From positions 19,455 to 83,454 of the forward strand of contig JBARRR010000061.1 of the NCBI GenBank assembly GCA_049644325.1: a stretch of DNA of 64,000 nucleotides, given 5' to 3'. The notes under the pieces were generated by a model. It was given only the letters and a program-made list of their open reading frames with translations. It made no database searches and was not told where the DNA came from. The DNA is from Candidatus Dormiibacterota bacterium (lineage in GTDB: Bacteria; Chloroflexota; Dormibacteria; DASZGP01). The position numbers and the translations under genes are program-made. This document shows, in pieces, positions 31,648-40,545 of this stretch; within the stretch, counting starts at the first letter, position 1; every line of letters starts with the position of its first letter.

Positions 31648-32061
31648 TCAGGTCACCGGTGGCTTATCGGCGCCCTCGCCGGCACCGGGCTCAGCGGTCG
31701 CGGTCCCGTGGGCCTTGTCGTGCCAGGACTTCAGCTTCTCCTCGATCACCGGCGGGACGTCCCAATCGCGGTTGCCCCCGGGACCGTGGCTACGGCCCCC
31801 AGGCCCGTGGCTATGGCCACTCCAGCCGCGACCGCCCCAGTAGCCGCCCCATCTCCTGCGCCGGAAGACCAGCAGCAGAAGGAATATGAGGAACAGCAGC
31901 GGGAAGAAGCCGAAGCCGAAACCTCCCCTCTCGACAATCACGGTTCCGTTGCCCGAGCTGGCCACGTTGGCGGCCAGGCCGGCACTGTATGCGAACCAGG
32001 CGACCAAACCGACGATTAGGCCGGTGAGCCCCACCCAGATCAATCCGAATCCTCTACGCAT
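31648..32061 (-). CDS. membrane protein with Gly/Trp-rich repeats, upstream of the two-component system
   Basis: ATG 32061 with AGGAGG SD 8 nt upstream; two TM helices and GGYWGGRGWSGHSHGPGGRSHGPGG. Confidence 0.5.
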   Translation of the reverse strand: MRRGFGLIWVGLTGLIVGLVAWFAYSAGLAANVASSGNGTVIVERGGFGFGFFPLLFLIFLLLLVFRRRRWGGYWGGRGWSGHSHGPGGRSHGPGGNRDWDVPPVIEEKLKSWHDKAHGTATAEPGAGEGADKPPVT

Positions 32062-32177
32062 CAGAGATGCCTCCTTGTAGGTGAAAACCAATGACCCCAG
32101 CGTCGGACGGACCTGTGAATTGGGTGTGAAGGCCCGGTGCAGGGATTGTGATGGCCGGCGCTATCGCCGACTAAGGA

Positions 32178-32364
32178 TCAGAGCCAGTCGATCCGGCGAA
32201 ACAGGATGTAGAGGCTGACGCACGCGATTAGCAGCAGGGCCGCGGAGGCGACCACACCCCAGCTTTCCTGGTAACCGGGGAAGGGCACGTTCATCCCGTA
32301 GTAGCCGGCGATCAGGGCAGGCACCGCGATGATCGCCGCCCAGCTGCTGACCTTAAACCCGGGT
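32178..32364 (-). pseudogene. corA magnesium transporter 3'-terminal remnant (GMN motif), no 5' part
   Basis: Minus-strand translation ...ALIAGYYGMNVPFPGYQESWGVVASAALLLIACVSLYILFRRIDWL* is a CorA TM1-GMN-TM2 C-terminus. An in-frame stop lies immediately upstream. Confidence 0.5.
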
Positions 32365-32437
32365 CAGAACTGGGTGGTCGGCCATCTGGGGAATCGTAAT
32401 CTGAGGCGACACGCGCTACCCGGCAGCGGGTCGACGA

Positions 32438-33283
32438 TTAGGTGCTGACCGAGCTCCCGCAGGTGGCGTCGCCGGAGATGTGCAGCTTGAGCCCGGTGCT
32501 CTGCTCGGTGACGTCGCCGTTCCAGTGGCCGCCGGTGGTGCTGGCCGTGCCGCTGGAAGGATCCATGTTGATGTAGAAGTGGCTGTTATTGGCGATGGTG
32601 ATGCCCATCCAATAGACGCTCACGATGAACAGATCGGGCTTGCCACCGACCTGCGCAAGGGCCGTCACCCCCACGCTATTGCCCTGAGGCAGGGTGGTGC
32701 ACTGCACCCGGGCGGAGGTCAGCTGGCCGCTGAGGGTTCCGCCGGAGGCGGTCCCGGTGACCGTGAGGGACGCGCTCCCAGGCTGCTGGTTGGCGCAGTC
32801 GACCGTCATCGCTAGAGAGGTCACCGCCCCGATGGTGCCGGGATGGGCGGCCGCGGCCTTGTCCTCGGTGAGGGTCGAGTCGACCTTGGCGCCCTGGGCC
32901 GCGTCGAAACCGGAGACCCCGCTTCCGTTGAACTCACGTTGCGCGTAGGTGGCCCCAGACCCGGTGGCGGCCCTGACGTTGACCGACTGCGCCTGGATCG
33001 AGATCACCAGCGTCATGCCGTTTGCCGGCTGGCCCGCTATTTGCCCGAACATCCGGATCGCCGACCCGTTCACCCGTGGCTCGTTGCACGACACGGAGGA
33101 GAACTTGATATTGCCGGCGACGGCGGCGTCGCCCTTGGTGGTCCCGCTTGCCGTCGGCGGACCCGAGGGGGTGGGGGAGCTGGTGGCTGCGGGGGTGCCG
33201 CCGCCTGTTGACGAGCTGCCGCAGGCCGCCACGGCCACGACCAGGAGGGCAGAGGCGGCAATCTGCCGCTTCACCAGGTCCAC
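32438..33283 (-). CDS. lipoprotein (lipobox VAAC) of unknown function
   Basis: Signal peptide plus LVVAVAACG lipobox and a Ser/Thr/Gly-rich linker. Confidence 0.6.
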   Translation of the reverse strand: MDLVKRQIAASALLVVAVAACGSSSTGGGTPAATSSPTPSGPPTASGTTKGDAAVAGNIKFSSVSCNEPRVNGSAIRMFGQIAGQPANGMTLVISIQAQSVNVRAATGSGATYAQREFNGSGVSGFDAAQGAKVDSTLTEDKAAAAHPGTIGAVTSLAMTVDCANQQPGSASLTVTGTASGGTLSGQLTSARVQCTTLPQGNSVGVTALAQVGGKPDLFIVSVYWMGITIANNSHFYINMDPSSGTASTTGGHWNGDVTEQSTGLKLHISGDATCGSSVST

Positions 33284-33370
33284 CCTTCCCGAGGCATGAG
33301 GCGACTGTCCGTGCGGCCGTGGACAGTGTCAAGTTAATAGTTGTGTGCGCCCCTGCCCGCGGGAAGCGGA

Positions 33371-34609
33371 TCAGGGATAGATGCCGCGCACCGTGGTGGC
33401 GTTGGCCACCTTCTCGACGGCGATGCTGTACGCCGCCTGTCGCAGGGTTGTGAGTTGCTCGCCGGCGACCGTATCGACATAGTCGAAGGCCCGTCGCATC
33501 AGGCCTTCCAGCCGCTGGTTGACGTCCGCCTCCTCCCAGAAGAACGCCTGCAGCGCCTGCACCCACTCGAAGTAGGAGACGACGACACCGCCGGCGTTGG
33601 CCAGGATGTCGGGGACGACCATGACGCCGCGCTCGCGCAGGACGAGGTCCGCATCGGGCACCGTGGGGCCGTTGGCCCCCTCCACGACAACCGTGCACCT
33701 CATTTCCTGCGCCACCTCGGCGGTGATCTGCCCCTCAAGGGCCGCCGGCACGAGCATGGTGCAGTCAGCCGTTAGCAGCTCCTGGTTGCTGATCGGGGTG
33801 GCGTTCGGGTATTCGGTGATCGAGCCGGTCCGGGCCAGGTGGTCACCGAGGTCCTTCATATCGAAGCCGTCCGGGTTCCAGATCGCGCCGTGGACGTCGC
33901 TGATGCCGGCGATCCTGGCCCCGGCTTCCGCCAGGAGGAGGGCCGAGACCCAGCCCACGTTGCCGCAACCCTGGACCGCGACCGTGGCGTCGCCGGGAGC
34001 AATCCCCAGTTTGCTCAGCGCCTTGAGGGCGATCGTGGTGACCCCGCGGCCGGTGGCCTCCTGCCGGCCCAGCGAACCCCCGATGTGCACAGGCTTCCCC
34101 GTAATCACAGCGGGCATGGAGTAGCCGGCGTGCATGCTGAGGGTGTCCATGAACCACGCCATGGTCTGGGCGTTGGTGCCGACGTCGGGCGCCGGGATGT
34201 CGCTGTGCTGATCGACGAAGATGGCAACCTCGGTGGCGAACCGGCGGGTCAGCTTCTCCAGCTCCCGTACGGACATCTTGCCCGGTTCGCAGGCGACCCC
34301 TCCCTTGGCGCCACCGAAGGGGATGTCCAGCAACGCCGTCTTCCAGCTCATCCACATCGACAGCGCCCGGACCTCGTCGAGGTCGACCGACGGATGGTAT
34401 CGGAGACCGCCCTTGGCCGGACCGCGGGTGATGTTGTGCTGGACGCGATAGCCGCTGAACACCCGCACCCTGCCGTTGTCCATCTTCACCGGGAAGTTGA
34501 CCACCAGCTCCCGCTGCGGGACCCTCAAGACCGCGCGCAGCGATGGGTCAAGACCCATCGCCTCGGCCGCCTCATCGAACTGCCGCTGAGCCACCTGCCA
34601 AGCGTTCAT
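33371..34609 (-). CDS. gdhA: Glu/Leu/Phe/Val dehydrogenase (glutamate dehydrogenase)
   Basis: GGAKGG motif and NAD(P) Rossmann GxGNVG; start at MNAWQ (ATG 34609). The N-extension to 34801 is discounted. Confidence 0.85.
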   Translation of the reverse strand: MNAWQVAQRQFDEAAEAMGLDPSLRAVLRVPQRELVVNFPVKMDNGRVRVFSGYRVQHNITRGPAKGGLRYHPSVDLDEVRALSMWMSWKTALLDIPFGGAKGGVACEPGKMSVRELEKLTRRFATEVAIFVDQHSDIPAPDVGTNAQTMAWFMDTLSMHAGYSMPAVITGKPVHIGGSLGRQEATGRGVTTIALKALSKLGIAPGDATVAVQGCGNVGWVSALLLAEAGARIAGISDVHGAIWNPDGFDMKDLGDHLARTGSITEYPNATPISNQELLTADCTMLVPAALEGQITAEVAQEMRCTVVVEGANGPTVPDADLVLRERGVMVVPDILANAGGVVVSYFEWVQALQAFFWEEADVNQRLEGLMRRAFDYVDTVAGEQLTTLRQAAYSIAVEKVANATTVRGIYP

Positions 34610-34671
34610 CGCCCCGGTAATGTAACTCCGCCGCCGTACGCCGTTGCAGCCGCGGGCACTAGGATCGAGCC

Positions 34672-35538
34672 ATGAAGGTGGGCGCCCTGTTTCCGCAGAC
34701 CGAAAGCTCGCCGGATCCAGGCGCGATCCGGGAGTTCGTGCAGGCGGTGGAATCCATGGGCTACGCACACGTGCTCTTCTACGACCACGTGCTTGGGGCA
34801 TCCCCCGAGCGGCCTGGCGGTTGGCGTGGGCGGCCCTACACGGACAAGGACCCCTTCCACGAGGTGCTGGTCACCTTCGGCTACCTTGCGGCGGTGACCA
34901 CACAGATCGAGCTCGTCACCGGCGTCCTTGTGCTCCCGCAGCGGCAGACCGCCCTGGTGGCCAAGCAGGCGGCGGAGGTGGACCTGCTCGCTGGCGGACG
35001 GTTGCGCCTGGGCGTGGGGCTTGGTTGGAACCAGGTCGAGTACGAGGGTCTGGGGATGGACTTCCATACCCGTGGCCGGCGCATCGAGGAGCAGGTCGAG
35101 GTAATGCGGCTTCTCTGGAGCCAGCCGGTGGTCGACTTCAAGGGGGAGTTCCACACCATATCTTCGGCCGGCATCAACCCGATGCCGGGCAGGATGATCC
35201 CCGTCTGGATGGGGGGCACGGCGGCGGCGGCCAAGGTGCGGATAGCCCGGGTGGCGGACGGCTGGATCGTTAACACGCCGACGGAGCAGGATCCCCTCGC
35301 GGCGGTGGTCGAGATGAAGGAACTGGTCGCCGCCGCCGGCCGAAGCCCCAAAGATTTCGGCATCGATATCCGGCTCTCCCTGAGCCATGGGATCGAGGAC
35401 GTCGCGGGTCAGATTCCGGAATGGCACGAGCTGGGCGTCTCCCACGCCACGATCAACACCATGCGCGCCGGCCTCCGCTGGCCCGATGGCCACATCGACG
35501 CCCTGCGGCTGTTCGCCGCGGCCTACCGGGAGGACTAG
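34672..35538 (+). CDS. LLM-class F420-dependent oxidoreductase (luciferase-like)
   Basis: TIM-barrel LLM signature typical of the F420-dependent subgroup. Confidence 0.7.
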   Translation: MKVGALFPQTESSPDPGAIREFVQAVESMGYAHVLFYDHVLGASPERPGGWRGRPYTDKDPFHEVLVTFGYLAAVTTQIELVTGVLVLPQRQTALVAKQAAEVDLLAGGRLRLGVGLGWNQVEYEGLGMDFHTRGRRIEEQVEVMRLLWSQPVVDFKGEFHTISSAGINPMPGRMIPVWMGGTAAAAKVRIARVADGWIVNTPTEQDPLAAVVEMKELVAAAGRSPKDFGIDIRLSLSHGIEDVAGQIPEWHELGVSHATINTMRAGLRWPDGHIDALRLFAAAYRED

Positions 35539-35587
35539 GCCGACTCGGCGCTTCGTACCATGCGGCCCTGAATGACGACAAACTGAA

Positions 35588-36970
35588 ATGGCCAGGCCTG
35601 CTGCCTTGGAGGCCGGCATCCTAACCGAGCTGAAGTCGATCCTCGGGCGGCACCTCGTGACCGACGCCGATGTCGTCGCCAGCTACTCCCAGGACCGGGC
35701 CACCTTCCTGACGCCCGGGGTTGCGGCGGTGGTGGCGATGCCATCATCCACCGAAGAGGTGTCAGCCGTGGTGGCCATCTGCGCCAGGGACGGAGTGCCG
35801 GTGGTCCCCCGGGGGGCCGGCAGTGGCCTGGCCGGCGGCGCCAACGCCGTCGACGGCTGCGTGGTGCTGTCGACGCACCGGATGAACCGCGTAATCGAGA
35901 TCGACCCCAACAACCTCATCGCCGTGGTCCAACCGGGCGTCATCAACGCCGACGTCAAGAAGGCCGCCGGCGAGTACGGCCTGGAGTACCCGCCCGACCC
36001 CTCGAGCTTCGAGTTCTGCAGCATCGGGGGCAACATCGCGACCAATGCCGGCGGTCTCTGCTGCGTCCGTTACGGCGTCACCCGCGACTATGTCCTCGGC
36101 CTAGAGGTGGTGCTCGGCGACGGCAGCGTGCTCCGCACCGGGAGGCGGACCCTGAAGGGAGTGGCCGGGTACGACCTGACGGCCCTGATCGTCGGCTCCG
36201 AGGGCACCCTGGGAGTGGTCACCGAGGCGACGTTGCGCCTGCGGCCCAAATCGCATGTGCCGTCGACCCTGGTCGCCTTCTTCGGCTCGGTGCACGATGC
36301 CGGCGCCGCGGTGGCCGCCGTCCGCCGCACCCTGGTGCCGTCGCTGCTGGAGCTGATGGACCAGCGCACGGTGCGGGCGGTGGAGGAATGGAAGCACCTC
36401 GGGCTCGATACCGGCGCCGCGGCGATGGTGCTGGCCCAGTCCGACACCGGCAGCGAATCCCCCGCGGACGTGGCCCGGATGGTGGAGCTCTGCGAGGCCG
36501 AGGGGGCTACTGGCGTGGTCGGTGCTCGTGACGAGTTCGAGTCGCGGATGCTGGTGCAGGCGCGGCGACTTGCGATTCCCGCCATCGAGCGACGGGGCAG
36601 CTGGCTCCTCAACGATGTCGGCGTGCCCTGTGCCCGAGTTCCGGACCTGGTGGTGCGCGTTGAGGAGATCGCCGCCGCCACCAGGATCGAGACGTTCACA
36701 TTCGGCCACGCCGGCGACGGCAACATGCACCCCACCATGGTCTTCGACCCCACCGACCCCAGCGCCCGGGACCGTACCCAGCAGGCCCATGACGAGATCG
36801 TCGACGCCGCCCTCAACCTTGGCGGCACGATCACCGGTGAGCACGGTGTGGGCACCCTGAAGCGCAGCCACCTGGCGCGCGAGCTGGGTGCCGGTAGCAT
36901 CGACCTCTTCCGCAAGATCAAGGAGAGCTTCGATCCCGTCGGGATCCTCAATCCTGGGAAGGCGTTCTAG
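35588..36970 (+). CDS. FAD-linked oxidase (GlcD / D-lactate dehydrogenase-like)
   Basis: FAD_binding_4 domain (PRGAGSGLAGGA) plus FAD-oxidase C domain. Confidence 0.8.
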   Translation: MARPAALEAGILTELKSILGRHLVTDADVVASYSQDRATFLTPGVAAVVAMPSSTEEVSAVVAICARDGVPVVPRGAGSGLAGGANAVDGCVVLSTHRMNRVIEIDPNNLIAVVQPGVINADVKKAAGEYGLEYPPDPSSFEFCSIGGNIATNAGGLCCVRYGVTRDYVLGLEVVLGDGSVLRTGRRTLKGVAGYDLTALIVGSEGTLGVVTEATLRLRPKSHVPSTLVAFFGSVHDAGAAVAAVRRTLVPSLLELMDQRTVRAVEEWKHLGLDTGAAAMVLAQSDTGSESPADVARMVELCEAEGATGVVGARDEFESRMLVQARRLAIPAIERRGSWLLNDVGVPCARVPDLVVRVEEIAAATRIETFTFGHAGDGNMHPTMVFDPTDPSARDRTQQAHDEIVDAALNLGGTITGEHGVGTLKRSHLARELGAGSIDLFRKIKESFDPVGILNPGKAF

Positions 36971-36976
36971 CCAGCC

Positions 36977-37144
36977 TCAGGGGTCGCGTGGACCTCCAGC
37001 GCCCGCGGCAACGATGAGAGTTATGTCGAGCACGAACAGCGCGATCGCAAGATCGTTGAAGACCGGCGCCAGGGCCAGCGTCGGCAGCAGCTGGTAGAGG
37101 GACCAGAAGATGAAGGCGGCGCTCAGCAGGCCGGCCTTGAGCAT
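36977..37144 (-). CDS. small hydrophobic protein (start uncertain)
   Basis: Only the hydrophobic C-terminal part of a long antisense ORF looks coding. The plus-strand N-extension of kdpE is low complexity. Confidence 0.25.
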   Translation of the reverse strand: MLKAGLLSAAFIFWSLYQLLPTLALAPVFNDLAIALFVLDITLIVAAGAGGPRDP

Positions 37145-37441
37145 CTCAATTGGCGGTGGCCGGCGGACGGCGTGGTAGACGAGGTTGGCCACCGCGATCA
37201 ACGCCAGCGGGACCGCCGAGACGATGCTGTGCTCGCTGTGCGACGTGAACCCAGTGGCCAGGTCCAGCCCTACCAGGGCAACGCCCCCGGCGATGGCCAG
37301 CAGCGCCAGTACTCGCCCGGTCCAAATCCCCAGGCCAGCATTGGGCTGAGCGCCATCGTCAGGTTGCACGGTGCTGTCGAGAATAATGACGGCGACGCGA
37401 TTTGCGGTTCCCAAGGCCGGGCCAGCAACTACGCTTGGTCG

Positions 37442-38146
37442 GTGACCGCAGGTGATTCTGCTGCCGTGCTGATCGTCGAGGACGACCGGCCGCTGCGGGA
37501 GACCATCAGCAGCGCGGTCAGCGATGCAGGCTATGCCGTCACCGCCGTAGCCGACGGCATCCAGGGCACCCAGGCGCTTCGCGCCGGCGGGTTCGACGTC
37601 GTGCTCCTCGACATCGGACTGCCCTTCGTTGACGGCTGGACGGTGCTGCGGACGCTCGAGGGTCAGCCGATCCCCTCGGTGATCGTGATCAGCGCCCGGG
37701 GAGACGAGCAGGACAAGGTCCGCGCCCTCGACATGGGCGCCGATGATTACCTGGCCAAGCCGTTCGGCGCCGACGAGCTCCTGGCACGGCTGCGCGCGGT
37801 CCTGCGGCGGTCGAAGCCTGAGCTGACTCCCAATCGCATGGCGCGAGAGGGCGACGTGGTCGTGGACCTGGGCAGTGGCGGGGTGCTGCGCGCCGGCAAG
37901 GAGGTCCGGCTCTCGCCAACGGAATACGTGCTGCTGGCGGAGCTCGCCCGGCACCAGCACGAGGTTCTCGACTACCGCACGCTGCTGCAGCGCGTCTGGG
38001 GACCTTCGTATGCCGACGAGCGCAACTACCTGCGCACCTTCGTCCAGCGACTGCGGGTCAAGCTCGAGGTCGATCCCGCCCAGCCCAGGGTGATCACGAC
38101 CGTTTCGGGGCGTGGCTACCGTTTCGGGGGACCGCCCGAGATCTAG
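37442..38146 (+). CDS. kdpE: KdpE-like OmpR-family response regulator
   Basis: Receiver (VLIVEDD...D...LLDIGLP) plus trans_reg_C; GTG 37442 chosen, and the ORF-track N-extension from 37172 is discounted. Confidence 0.75.
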   Translation: MTAGDSAAVLIVEDDRPLRETISSAVSDAGYAVTAVADGIQGTQALRAGGFDVVLLDIGLPFVDGWTVLRTLEGQPIPSVIVISARGDEQDKVRALDMGADDYLAKPFGADELLARLRAVLRRSKPELTPNRMAREGDVVVDLGSGGVLRAGKEVRLSPTEYVLLAELARHQHEVLDYRTLLQRVWGPSYADERNYLRTFVQRLRVKLEVDPAQPRVITTVSGRGYRFGGPPEI

Positions 38147-38219
38147 TCCACTACGGGTGGTGGTGGCACTCGAACGCCCGGCAAGTCGTTGACGGGTCGT
38201 TGATCGTGCCGGTTCTACG

Positions 38220-38627
38220 TTGGTATACGTGGACCGGCTTCACTTCATTCCAAGGCGGGACTTCGAGCAGCACCGAACCGTCCTGAGCGTCTTCTCGGGA
38301 GTCGAGACCGCGCGCGCCGCGCTGGCCGACGTCGTCGACACCCGCCGTATCCAGGTCCTGCGCGCCGACATTCTGCGGCCGGGGCGTCCCGACATCGGCG
38401 CGATCTCCGACTTGCTTGACCCAGACGAGCGCGACTGGCCTCGCTACCATGTTGCCCGCGGCCTCACCGTCCTGGTGCTGGACGTACCATCGGCGCACGC
38501 CTGGATCGCGACGCGGTTCCTTGTCGAGGTTGCCCGCAGTCCGCGCACGCTGATGCTGGCGCCGCGGCCCGGCCGCAGCGAGCTCGAGGTCCGCACCAAC
38601 TGGAAGGTGCCGTATGCAACCGCTTGA
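38220..38627 (+). CDS. hypothetical protein upstream of kdpF
   Basis: Coding-like GC3; no family. Confidence 0.4.
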   Translation: MVYVDRLHFIPRRDFEQHRTVLSVFSGVETARAALADVVDTRRIQVLRADILRPGRPDIGAISDLLDPDERDWPRYHVARGLTVLVLDVPSAHAWIATRFLVEVARSPRTLMLAPRPGRSELEVRTNWKVPYATA

Positions 38628-38703
38628 GTTAGCCGTTATTGGGCTGTTCTTCCTGTTCATCATCGTCAGCCTGCTCTACATAAAGGGGCTCGAGAAGATC
38701 TGA
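38614..38703 (+). CDS. 29-aa hydrophobic micro-protein (MQPLELAVIGLFFLFIIVSLLYIKGLEKI), KdpF-like
   Basis: ATG 38614; single TM; stop overlaps the kdpF start as ATGA; below the ORF-track cutoff. Confidence 0.4.
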   Translation: MQPLELAVIGLFFLFIIVSLLYIKGLEKI

Positions 38704-38801
38704 TGAGCTTGCCGCCAACGGACTTCCTGGTCACCGGGATCATCGCCCTTCTCCTGACGCTCTACCTGCTCATCGCGCTTTTGTTCCCGGAGCGGTTCTA
38801 G
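38703..38801 (+). CDS. kdpF: K+-transporting ATPase subunit F
   Basis: 32 aa MSLPPTDFLVTGIIALLLTLYLLIALLFPERF. Ends with the KdpF signature ALLxPExF. TAGTG overlap with the kdpA GTG start. Confidence 0.65.
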   Translation: MSLPPTDFLVTGIIALLLTLYLLIALLFPERF

Positions 38802-40528
38802 TGTTCCAGGTCGTCCTGGGGCTGGTCGTGACGTTCGTTCTGCTGGGCGTCGCCGCCTACTTCCTGGGCATCTACATGGAGAGGGTCTTCACCGGCAAGC
38901 CGACCTTCCTGCATTTCCTGCTGCACCCGGTTGAGCGCCTGCTGCTCTTCCTCATCGGCGTCAAAAAGGATGCCGAGCAGACCTGGGTCCAGTACCTGGT
39001 CTCGATGCTGATCGTGACCGCCGGCGGCATGGTGCTGACCTACACTGTGCTGCGGCTGCAGGACAAATTCCCCCTGAACCCGCAGGGGTTCGGCCCGGTA
39101 CCGCCGGACCTGGCCTTTAGCACAACCGTCAGTTTCGCCACCAACACTAACTGGCAGAACTACGGCGGCGAGACGACCATGAGTTACTTCAGCCAGATGG
39201 TGGCCCTGGTCTACCACCAGTTCCTGTCGGCGGCCACCGGTATTGCCCTGGCGATCGCCCTGGTGAGGGCCCTCGCCCGCCGCAGCACCAGCACCATCGG
39301 TAACTTCTACGTCGACGGCGTTCGCTGCATCCTCTACGTCCTGTTGCCGATCTCGTTTGTCGGAGCGATCTTCCTGGTGTCCCAGGGCTCGATCCAGAAC
39401 TTCAGTCCCTACACCGCGGTGACCACCCTCGAGGGCGCCACTCAGACAATCGCCCAGGGCCCGGTCGCCTCGATGGAGACCATCAAGGATCTCGGCACCA
39501 ACGGCGGCGGCTTCTTCAATGCCAACGCCGCCCACCCCTTCGAGGATCCCAACGCCATCACCGCCTATTTCCTGTTTGGCCTGATGCTGGTTATCGCGTT
39601 CGGTCTAACCGTTACCTTCGGCCGCATGGTGGGTAACGTAAAGCAGGGCATCGCGGTGGCCGCGGCGATGGCCATCATCCTCATTGGTGGTGCGAGCTTC
39701 GCCGCCTACCAGGAGCAGCATGGCAACCCCGCGCTGACCGCCGTGGGCGTTACCCAGGCCCGGACCGATGGGCAGGCGGGCGGGAACATGGAGGGCAAGC
39801 GCACCGACCTCGGCCCGGTCTTCTCCTCGTTCTACGCAGCGGGCACGACCGGCACCAGCACTGGCTCGGTGGTGGCCTCCCACGACAGCCTCACCCCCCT
39901 TGGCGGAATGGTTCCTCTGACGCTGATCAAGCTCGGCGAGATCACCCCCGGCGGGGTCGGCTCCGGCCTCTACGGGATGTTGACCTTCGCCATCCTTGCT
40001 GTATTCATAGCCGGTCTGATGGTAGGGCGCACTCCCGAATACCTGGGCAAGAAGATCGAGGCTCGCGACGTCAAGTACGCGTCGCTGGCGATCCTGATCC
40101 TGCCCGCCTCGATCCTCGGCTTCGCTGCGATTTCAGTTGTGGTGCCTGGGGGCCTCGCCGGCATCACCAACCCGGGGGCCCACGGACTAACCCAGGTGCT
40201 CTACGCCTTCGCATCCAATACCGGCAATAACGGCAGTGCCTTCGCCGGCCTCCTGGGCAACACCGTCTACTACAACACCACCATGGCCGCGGCCGAGTGG
40301 CTGGGCCGCTTCATCTTCGTTATCCCGGTGCTTGCCCTGGCAGGGAACCTGGCCCGCAAGAAGATCGTCCCCGCCAGCGCCGGCACCTTTCCGACTGACA
40401 CGCCCCTCTTCACCGGCTTGCTCATCGGTGTGATCTTGATCGTCGGGGCTCTCACTTTCTTCCCGGCGCTGGCGCTCGGTCCGATTCTCGAGCACCTGCA
40501 GCTCTACGCCGGCCAGCTGGCCCACTAG
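38801..40528 (+). CDS. kdpA: K+-transporting ATPase subunit A
   Basis: 575 aa polytopic protein; canonical KdpA. Confidence 0.9.
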   Translation: MFQVVLGLVVTFVLLGVAAYFLGIYMERVFTGKPTFLHFLLHPVERLLLFLIGVKKDAEQTWVQYLVSMLIVTAGGMVLTYTVLRLQDKFPLNPQGFGPVPPDLAFSTTVSFATNTNWQNYGGETTMSYFSQMVALVYHQFLSAATGIALAIALVRALARRSTSTIGNFYVDGVRCILYVLLPISFVGAIFLVSQGSIQNFSPYTAVTTLEGATQTIAQGPVASMETIKDLGTNGGGFFNANAAHPFEDPNAITAYFLFGLMLVIAFGLTVTFGRMVGNVKQGIAVAAAMAIILIGGASFAAYQEQHGNPALTAVGVTQARTDGQAGGNMEGKRTDLGPVFSSFYAAGTTGTSTGSVVASHDSLTPLGGMVPLTLIKLGEITPGGVGSGLYGMLTFAILAVFIAGLMVGRTPEYLGKKIEARDVKYASLAILILPASILGFAAISVVVPGGLAGITNPGAHGLTQVLYAFASNTGNNGSAFAGLLGNTVYYNTTMAAAEWLGRFIFVIPVLALAGNLARKKIVPASAGTFPTDTPLFTGLLIGVILIVGALTFFPALALGPILEHLQLYAGQLAH

Positions 40529-40545
40529 GAGGGACGTCGCACACA

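Noticed and set aside
37172-37441. N-terminal 90-aa extension of the kdpE ORF
   Set aside because: Low-complexity Arg/Asp/Gln translation with lower GC. The receiver domain starts at ~37442, so this is treated as leader.
38147-38220. Possible c-di-AMP (ydaO) riboswitch ahead of the kdp genes
   Set aside because: I could not recognise the ydaO conserved elements by eye. It needs a covariance-model search, so it is not claimed.
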